Assembly (NCBI GenBank): GCA_963700285.1
Contig: CAVOXA010000001.1
Span: forward strand, 800,001-864,000
DNA length: 64,000 bases
Direction of reading: 5' to 3'
From: an uncultured Chloroflexia bacterium
Lineage (GTDB): Bacteria > Chloroflexota > Anaerolineae > JAAYZQ01
Part shown: piece after piece, positions 56,844 to 64,000 of the stretch
Numbering within the stretch: position 1 is the first letter of the stretch
Layout of the letters: each line of letters begins with the position of its first letter
Translations under genes and position numbers: made by a program
Notes under the pieces: generated by a model
Databases searched by the model: none
The model's input: only the letters and a program-made list of their open reading frames with translations
Told to the model about the DNA's origin: nothing

Positions 56844-57833
56844 ATGATGCGAATCCTCTCGGGCGCCGATGTGCGACAGGCTGTGACAATGGCCGAGGCC
56901 ATACAGGCTGTCAAGGGTGCTTACGTGCAGCTATCTGCGGGGCAGGCGGTGGTACCCCTGCGAACGCCGGTCCCCGTAGAAAGGCGGGAAGGTGTGACGC
57001 TGTTCATGCCGGCCTACCTGTCCGCCAGCGATGCCCTGGGGGCCAAGATCGTGTCGGTCTTTCCCGGGAACCTGGCGCGAGGCCTGCCCCTAATTCACGC
57101 AGTGGTGGTGGTGGTGGATGCGGAAACGGGACGGCCAATCGCGCTCATGGATGGTACCTATATCACGGCCCTGCGTACTGGCGCGGCTTCGGGTGTGTCT
57201 ACTGACTTGCTGGCCAGGTCTGATGCCCGGGTTGTGGCTGTTTTCGGTGCGGGGGCCCAGGCGCGCACTCAACTGGAGGCGGTCTGCACCGTGCGACCCA
57301 TCGAGAAGGCCTGGGTCTATGACACGATGCCGGACAGGGCTGTGGCCTATTCCCGGGAGATGCGGGCACGCGGCCGGCCAATTCCCACCGATATCGTGGT
57401 GGCTGACTCACCGGCCGACGCACTGCGCGAGGCGGACGTGGTCTGCACGGCGACCACCTCCTCCACACCCGTGTTTGATGACGCGGATTTGAAGCCCGGC
57501 GTCCACGTGAGTGGGGTCGGCGCCTACACCCACGAGATGCAAGAGATCCCGGCTGAGACGGTCGTCCGCGCCAAGGTGGTTGTGGACTCCCGGGTGGCCA
57601 GCCTGGCCGAAGCGGGGGACCTGATCATACCGCTGGCAGAGGGGCTGATCACCGAGGCCAGCATCCACGGCGAGATCGGCGAGGTAGCAGCAGGAAAGAT
57701 CCCGGGCCGCGAGTCAGACACAGAGGTCACTTTCTTCAAGTCAGTGGGACTGGCGGTCCAGGATGTGGCGGTTGCTGAGTTGATCCTGCAGCGCGCGGTG
57801 GACCTGGGTCTTGGCGTCGAAGTGGCGTTGTGA
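56844..57833 (+). CDS. Ornithine cyclodeaminase / mu-crystallin family protein
   Basis: LFMPAY, KIVSVFPGN, ITALRTGAASG, GAGAQA, FKSVGLAVQD. Confidence 0.9.
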   Translation: MMRILSGADVRQAVTMAEAIQAVKGAYVQLSAGQAVVPLRTPVPVERREGVTLFMPAYLSASDALGAKIVSVFPGNLARGLPLIHAVVVVVDAETGRPIALMDGTYITALRTGAASGVSTDLLARSDARVVAVFGAGAQARTQLEAVCTVRPIEKAWVYDTMPDRAVAYSREMRARGRPIPTDIVVADSPADALREADVVCTATTSSTPVFDDADLKPGVHVSGVGAYTHEMQEIPAETVVRAKVVVDSRVASLAEAGDLIIPLAEGLITEASIHGEIGEVAAGKIPGRESDTEVTFFKSVGLAVQDVAVAELILQRAVDLGLGVEVAL

Positions 57834-57873
57834 TCCAGAGGAGCTGAGCATACGCATGGGCAGGATCAGCGGG

Positions 57874-58950
57874 TCATGGTCCCAGCGCCTCGTCCAACAG
57901 CTCCCAGAGGTCGAGCACGTCAACGAACGTATCCAACTCGTTGGCGAGTCGGCCGGCACCGCGTAGCAGTGTAGGCTGGCAGGTGGGGCAAGCTGTCACG
58001 ATGGTGTCGACCCCCACTGCCGCGGCGTCGCGGATGCGGTTCTTGGATACCTCGACGGCCAGATCGCGATCCACATCCAGTACCCCTCCGCCACCGCCGC
58101 AGCAGGTGGAAAAGATGCCGTGGTGCTCCATCTCTACAAGCTCGAGCCCCAGGGCTTCCAGGATCTGGCGCGGCTCCTGGACAATACCCAACATCCTGCC
58201 CAGGTGGCAAGGGTCGTGGTAGGTTACCCGTTTGTTGAGGGGCTTCAGGTCCATCTCCTGGATCTTTTCCGCCACTGCCACTAGTGCGTTTTTGACCTTC
58301 AGTCCGTACTTGTCACGCAGCGTGGCCGTGCAAGTGGGACACACTGTCAGGATCTCTTCCTCCAGATGCGTTCCGTATACCTGCCGGAATCGAGCCTGGG
58401 CGAGTTTGAACTCGTCCTCAAAGCCAATAGCCCCCACGATGTAGCTGCAGCACACTTCGTCGGACACCAGCGGGTCGATGCCCACTTTTTCCAGAACCGA
58501 TACAATCTTTTTGACCTCGTGGGGTTTGCTCTGGTAGGCGCAGCCCAGGTAGAGGGGTGTGGTTCCTATGCGGCGGAACGGTGTGGGCCGTGCGAAAAGC
58601 GTTCCCTCGTCCAAGATCTTGGCTGATGTCCGTTCGTGCCTGGGTGATGCGTAACCGGCTTGCCTTAGCTCCTGGCGGACTGAACCAAAGATTTCCATGT
58701 TGTTGAGCGCGCAGCGGGCCTCGCAGTAGCCGCACATGAGGCACTCGTCCATTACCTCCTGAATCTCAGCAGAGGGTTCCAAGATGCCCTCAATGAGACC
58801 GCGGGCAACCAGCATTCGGCCCCGGCTGGAATAGGTCTCCAATCGCTTCACCCGGTAGACTGGGCACTCTTCGCGGCAAAAACCGCAGCGCGTGCGGTTG
58901 CAGGTATAGATATCTTCTGTGAATTGTTTCAAGGATGGGAACTCTGCCAT
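57874..58950 (-). CDS. (Fe-S)-binding protein with CCG domains (GlcF/HdrD-like)
   Basis: CNRTRCGFCREECP, CLMCGYCEARC, YHDPCHLGR, CCGGGGG, TACPTC; own RBS GAGGA before ATG 58950. Confidence 0.85.
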   Translation of the reverse strand: MAEFPSLKQFTEDIYTCNRTRCGFCREECPVYRVKRLETYSSRGRMLVARGLIEGILEPSAEIQEVMDECLMCGYCEARCALNNMEIFGSVRQELRQAGYASPRHERTSAKILDEGTLFARPTPFRRIGTTPLYLGCAYQSKPHEVKKIVSVLEKVGIDPLVSDEVCCSYIVGAIGFEDEFKLAQARFRQVYGTHLEEEILTVCPTCTATLRDKYGLKVKNALVAVAEKIQEMDLKPLNKRVTYHDPCHLGRMLGIVQEPRQILEALGLELVEMEHHGIFSTCCGGGGGVLDVDRDLAVEVSKNRIRDAAAVGVDTIVTACPTCQPTLLRGAGRLANELDTFVDVLDLWELLDEALGP

Positions 58951-58964
58951 CAAAGTCCTCGCTT

Positions 58965-60436
58965 CTAGGGTCTCGATCCACCGCGACTCGAACTTTTTCC
59001 CAGGATTCATAATGTTCTTGGGGTCAAACAGTCCCTTTACCTCTTTCATGTATTGGTAGCTCAGCCCATGCTCGCGTTCGTTAAAGCCTCCCAATCGGTC
59101 TCCGTCGCCGATGTAGGTGCTCATGGTACCCTCCAGCTCGACTGCCTTGAGGCTCATTTCTCTCACGTACTGGTAGAACTTGTGCACCGTCTCCTCGGTC
59201 GAGTCGTCCACAAAGATGGCAAAGCTGATGCTGGGGCTGACCTTGTTCGGTGACTCGTTGTAGACCGTCATGCCCAGGATCTGCTGGTCGTACCTGGCCG
59301 CAATCTCGAGGAAGGCGTGGTACATCTCTTCCAGCCGCCCAATGGGCACGCCCACGTCGGCCGAGCCGAACTTTTTCTCGCGCTGGCTGTCGGGCCACTT
59401 TTGTTTGAAAGGGCATGAAGGCCAGCCGGTGTTTGCTGTCCCAGTAGCCCTCCACCATCTCTTGTTCGCGGACCAACTCGGCCTGGAATTCGTCCTCGAG
59501 GATGGCCCTGGCTTTCTCCAGGCCAAAGTCTACGACGTCCTCGTCGCCGGCGAAGGACAGAAACAGGATCGATTCCGCCCAGTCGGGAACCTCGGGCTCG
59601 CTTGCCGTAGTGTTCGACGGTAGGCATGGGTGTAGAAATGCAGTCGCTGGCGGCAGTTCAGGTGGGCGCTCTCCACGCTGAGACCGCTGGCCAGGGTCCG
59701 CTCCAGAGCCTGCGCCCCATCGATCAAGCGTGGGGAAAACCCAGCCCCGCACTTCTCGCGTCTTGGGCAGCGTCACCACTCGCAGTGTGGCTTCGGTAAC
59801 TACACCCAATGTCCCTTCCGAGGCCACCAACAGGTGCATCAAGTTGTAGCCGGTGGACGAGAAGGATGCCTTGCGGTGCCCAACGCGCACCGCTTCGCCA
59901 CGACCGGTAACCACAACGGCGTTGGTCAGGCAGTCCAGGATCTTGCCGTAGCGGACGCCAAAGGTCGAGTCGTTGTCGCAGCCGATGGATGCGCCGATGG
60001 TGCAGGCTCGTTTGCTCTCCGGTTGGTGGGGCAGCCACAGTCCAAAGGGAGCCAGGTACTCGTTCAGTTCCCAGATGGTGATGCCGGCCTGGACCGTGAC
60101 AGACATGTTTTCGGGATCGATCTCCAGTACCCTGTTCATGCCCTTTGTCTCGATCATGATGCCGCCTTTCCAGGCGACCACCCCTCCCCCCATACCTGTC
60201 CCTCCGGCAAAGGGTATTAGGGGTAGTTCGTACTGCAGCGCCACTTGGACGACCTGGACAATCTCCGCCGTGTCCTGTGGGATGACGACGATATCTGGCA
60301 GGTCCGTCATCTGTTTGTACCGGGGGCTCCAGTCTCGGCTGTAGGCCATGCGGTGCAGCATGCCATCCGTGGCCCGTTCTCCCAGGACTGCTTGCAGTTC
60401 TGCCAGTGCTGGTTTGACCCTGTCCTGATCCGTCAT
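58965..60436 (-). CDS. FAD-binding oxidoreductase (GlcD-like), interrupted by about 3 frameshifts (likely sequence errors)
   Basis: PDIVVIP, GGTGMGGG, VTVQAG, SEGTLGVVTE, FDPKNIMNPGK; frame changes near 59730, 59610 and 59405. Confidence 0.8.
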
Positions 60437-60461
60437 TGTCTCCTCCAGAACCTGCAGGGAA

Positions 60462-61163
60462 TCATCCACCGCACAAGAGGCGGTTGCAGGTGGGGCAATA
60501 GTGCAATCCCTCACCGCGTTCCACGGCACGGGCCGCGCCCGTCGGCACGTCGGTACCGCAGGCCTGGCAGATGCCTCGCTTGAGCAGCACGATCCCAACG
60601 CCGCCCAGGCTCTTGCGCAGATCGTCGTATAGGGCCAAATCTGCCGCTCCAAACCGGGCCCGCCTCTCGCTGATGTCCTGCTCCAATTCAGCCAATAGGG
60701 CCTCGAGTTCCGTTTTCTCAGCCCGCAGGTCTGCTTGACCCTCACGCCATGTGGTCTCGATCTGGCGGTGGCGAGCTTGGCGCTCGGCCAGTTCGGCCTC
60801 ATCATCCTCGATGGCGATCATCAGCTCTAGTTGTCGATCCTCTAGTACCGATTGGTGGCGGCGAAGCGCGGCGGCCTCCTCCTGGAGGTTGCTCAACTCC
60901 TTTGGGTTTCGAACGCGGCCACTGTAGAGACGCTCCTGGTTCTTCTCCAGCTTGGCATTGAGTCCAGAGATCTCCAGCTCCAGATCCCGCATCTGAACCC
61001 TCAGTTGATCCAGACTATGCTCGGTTTCGACAGCAGCCTGCTGCGCTCGGGCGACATCATCCGATTCGCCCAGGCCGGCCTCTACGTCCGCCAGCCGCTG
61101 GCTTTTGGCATCTCTTTCGCTGTCCACCAGTTGCATCTGGTAAAGATCTCGCACAACGCTCAT
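60462..61163 (-). CDS. Coiled-coil + C4-type zinc-ribbon protein (DUF164/CT398-like)
   Basis: LYQMQLVD, long coiled coil, NPKEL, CQACG..CPTCNRLL. Confidence 0.88.
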   Translation of the reverse strand: MSVVRDLYQMQLVDSERDAKSQRLADVEAGLGESDDVARAQQAAVETEHSLDQLRVQMRDLELEISGLNAKLEKNQERLYSGRVRNPKELSNLQEEAAALRRHQSVLEDRQLELMIAIEDDEAELAERQARHRQIETTWREGQADLRAEKTELEALLAELEQDISERRARFGAADLALYDDLRKSLGGVGIVLLKRGICQACGTDVPTGAARAVERGEGLHYCPTCNRLLCGG

Positions 61164-61446
61164 GGTTGCCTCCAGCTGACCTTGCAATTGTTACCCAAAG
61201 CTCCGGGTTCTTCCGGATCGACTAGCAAAGCTGGCAACTGGGGTCTTCGGGCAGCCGACTGTCCAGGTCGCTGTGACAGAGTCGCCAGCCACGAAAAAGG
61301 GGCCTAATGCACACCGCACTAGACCCCGGCAAATGCTTGCCAGGCGATGCAAGTCCCTGGGCGCCCCAAGGACACTGCTCTGCACGTCCGAGCCCTCGCG
61401 AAAAGGCGCCATCGCCGCATTCCGACCCTCCGATTTCACGCCAGGG

Positions 61447-61474
61447 ATTATACCACACCCTGTGCGCCAGACAA
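61447..61474 (-). promoter_or_regulatory. Sigma70-type promoter for the zinc-ribbon/oxidoreductase operon
   Basis: Minus strand TTGTCT-N16-TATAAT with extended -10 TG. Confidence 0.55.
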
Positions 61475-61492
61475 AATCGCGAAAACGGAACA

Positions 61493-62508
61493 GTCACAGG
61501 CTGGGGACATCTGCGCCGTCCAGTTTCATCGGCCGTTCCAGGCTCGGCTGATGTCTGGTTGGGGCAGCCCGAACCACTCTGATACCTGCATCTGTCGCAC
61601 AAAGGGCGCCCGCCTGTCTCGTGTCCGACGACTGCCGCGACGGTGGTCTGGGACCTCCAACAAGCGCATAAACAGCATCAAGAATCGTGCCCGGAACGGG
61701 TCGTCCCCCGATACTTGCAGCCTAAAGTGCCACACAGCGTAGCTTGATAGCTCCCGTCGTCCCTGCAAGTTATCTCAACCCAGGGCTCCTCTGTGCCACA
61801 CTGCTGGCAGCCGAGCCCCAGCAGAGCGTGCCGGAAGCTATCTCTTCCTCAGCGACCAGCCGAGCTTGGTACAAGGCCAATCCCACGCACCCCACCAGGA
61901 CCACCCTCTGCCCCTGCCACAGCAACCAACCTCCGGCGCGCCACACCGGCTGGCCGCTCAGCTCCGGCTAGCCCATTGCTGCTGCCTGCCATAGCCACAA
62001 CAGCCAGGGCCAGCCGATGATCACCACCGGTCCCCGGCACCCGCTCAGGCACCACAGCACGGCCAAGAGCAGGCTGCGGGGGACGGGCTGTACCCAACTG
62101 TGGGTCAGGTATTGCCACAAAGCTGCGCAACCGGCTCTGGAGGGAAAGGGCAGGCAGATGTCTTTTCCGGCAGACTGCCACGGTGGACACGCTTGGCTGC
62201 TGCGGAGGGCTGGTCAGCCAACCCGCCTGACTGTCGGGCATCCGACCAAACAAGGCAAGGACCAGTAGGCTGAGGACCACCAGGATGTGCAAAGATTGAA
62301 GTTGTGCAAACGACCGCTTCGTGGTATGCTGCATTTGGGCTGACTCGGAGATTCGGTACAAGGTGTTCCAGCAAATACAGTGTACCACATTCTGCGCGTT
62401 GGCCCACTCTGATTATGGGCAACCTTCAGTCCCCTTTTTCGGACCTCTGCACGACCTCATGTGCCTTTCAGCCATTTTCTCCCTATTCTCAGGTCCCCAG
62501 CGTGTGAC
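61493..62508 (-). mobile_element. Degenerate, internally deleted IS-like element (1016 bp) with 16-bp terminal inverted repeats
   Basis: GTCACAGGCTGGGGAC (61493-61508) versus the reverse complement of 62493-62508, GTCACACGCTGGGGAC (15/16); encloses a decayed ORF. Confidence 0.65.
61526..62334 (-). pseudogene. Decayed transposase-like N-terminal fragment (hydrophobic Trp-rich region, CxxC motif, HTH)
   Basis: Reassembled across frames: MQHTTKRSF..LVVLSLLVLALF..LLLAVLWCLSG..WPWLLWLWQ..MG*(TAG 61968-70)..GCQQCG..TLC..HF.LQVSGDDPF..RQMQVSEWFGLPQPDISR. Confidence 0.5.
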
Positions 62509-62687
62509 GCTTACACCTGTTTCGCGATAGTAGGCTTGCACCAACCAATGCCGCCGATCTCGAGGTGGACCGATCCTGGCTGCCGCAGGCTCGACCGCAG
62601 GTCCTGATCTTGAAAAGGCCAGGCCAGCAAGTTGGCGTTCAAGATGTAGGTATTAGAAACTCGTTGGGGTCAGTGTTCCGCGAGGAT

Positions 62688-62716
62688 TTGTCGTTTGTGG
62701 TACAGCATGCTAGAAT
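62688..62716 (+). promoter_or_regulatory. Sigma70-type promoter
   Basis: TTGTCG-N17-TAGAAT with extended -10 TG. Confidence 0.45.
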
Positions 62717-62883
62717 CGCAGCGACGTGAGATTGGGGGCGATGAGGGCGTGAGCCTACTGAGCGGTTTGCTAGCCTGTGGTCGTTCCTCAGGGTGGGATG
62801 CAGGGGATACGATGAAGACGGTGACTGGTGGAGATGGTTTGAGTGCTCAAGTGCTGCGGTGTGCTGGGTAGGGTATCCTGATC

Positions 62884-63989
62884 ATGTTGGAGCTATTGCC
62901 CAAGCTGCCGCTCTACTGGAGCTTCTATCACCTGGGTTGGCCCAGGATGCTGCCTTTCAGTGTCGTCGTCAGCGTCAGTTTTCGCTGCAACAGCAAGTGC
63001 AAAACCTGTGACGTGTGGCGCAAGCCCAACGACGATATGATCGGTCGAGGAGTGGCGCAAGGTATTTGCCAATCTGGGCCACGCTCCCTTCTACCTGACC
63101 TTCACCGGCGGCGAGCCTTTCCTGCGAGCTGACCTGCACGAAATGGTCATCGCGGGCGCGGAGCTGTGCCGGCCCGGCGTGATCACCATCCCCACCAACG
63201 GGCTGCTGACCAAGCGCATCCTCGACCGGGTGGACCAGATCTGCGCGGCCGCTCCCCATTCGCAGATCGGCATCAACCTTTCGCTGGATGGCATCGGCGA
63301 GGAGCACGACGAGATCCGCAACGTGCCGGGCAACTGGGAGCGGGCCATGGAGACCTGGCAGGGGTTGAAAGAACTCCAGGCCCGGCACAAGAACCTGGTA
63401 CTCAGCGTGCACACCGTCGTCTCCAAGTTCAACACCCACCGCATCCGTGATATCGTCGAGGGCCTGGAATTCCTGGAGCCCGATTCCTACATCACCGAGG
63501 TTGCCGAAGAGCGGGTAGAGCTGGACACGGTGGGCTGGGACATCACGCCAGCCCCCGAGGAATATGCGCCCATTGCCGACTATTTGTCGGCGCGGGCCAG
63601 GCAGCGCTGCCCACGTCGGACCCTGGTGCGGCTCCCAGAAGGCACTGGCCCGCTTCACGCAGGCCTTCCGGGCCCAGTACTACCAGCTGGCCAAGCGGAT
63701 CCTGCAGGAGCAGAGGCAGGTCATCCCCTGCCAGGCCGGCTGGGCCAGCGGACACATCGCGCCCAACGGCGACGTATGGACTTGCTGCATCCGCGCCGAG
63801 CCGGTAGGCAATCTGCGCGAGACGAACTATGACCTGCGTCCCATCTGGTACGGAACAGGTCGGCGAAATGCGCCGTCTGCGCCGGAGCATCGCCGCCGCG
63901 AGTGCGCCTGCCCCATGGCCAATGCCAGCTATGCCAACATGCTGCTCCACGCACCTACCGTGGCCCGGGTGACCAGAGATGTGCTCTGA
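62884..63989 (+). CDS. Radical SAM / SPASM-Twitch domain protein with several frameshifts (likely sequence errors)
   Basis: [54 protein letters not shown]; frame changes near 63040, 63612 and 63865. Confidence 0.8.
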
Positions 63990-64000
63990 GGCGCCTGGTC

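Noticed and set aside
57874-59526. Apparent in-frame fusion of the GlcD-like C-terminus with the Fe-S protein
   Set aside because: Removing one base from the GGG at 58968-70 restores a stop (ACC TAG); the downstream ATG has its own RBS; the region is indel-rich
61164-61446. RNase P RNA, often found near DUF164 zinc-ribbon genes
   Set aside because: Conserved GAGGAAAGUCC and terminal P4 motifs were not found
1-64000. tRNA, rRNA, prophage or defence genes
   Set aside because: None recognised by eye; a covariance-model scan was not possible

Overview
GC-rich bacterial DNA, most consistent with Chloroflexota (Anaerolineae-like). This is inferred from protein types such as the STAND-ATPase/TolB fusion, the Cys-pair anti-sigma N-terminus, C-terminal FLPxx tails and a Wzc without Wza. 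From left to right: the 3' end of pheT; an AAA-ATPase-TM-TolB propeller protein; a PflX-like radical SAM gene; and an ECF sigma factor translationally coupled to a 1595-aa anti-sigma-like membrane protein with 11 Cys-paired Ig-like repeats. Next is a ~45 kb co-oriented Wzx/Wzy-type surface polysaccharide locus (10549-55273). It carries 4 sulfotransferases, 3 NDP-sugar C-methyltransferases, an AlgD-type dehydrogenase, a WbpB/E/D-like trio, GmhA/HddA, RfbF, two priming transferases (one with a degenerate active-site motif), a GT-C, and several extracellular-type beta-helix/LamG/PKD proteins. The right end holds amino-acid and redox metabolism genes, a ~1 kb degenerate IS-like element with 16-bp terminal inverted repeats, and a radical SAM gene. 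Several genes beyond 50 kb carry single-base frameshifts that look like assembly errors. The strongest leads are (1) the giant repeat-bearing anti-sigma/ECF pair heading a sulfated, methyl-branched glycan locus and (2) two apparent targeting tags on the locus's extracellular-type proteins: a shared non-hydrophobic ~33-aa N-terminal leader, versus a Sec signal plus C-terminal FLPxx tail. All annotations come from motif recognition only; no database searches were run.
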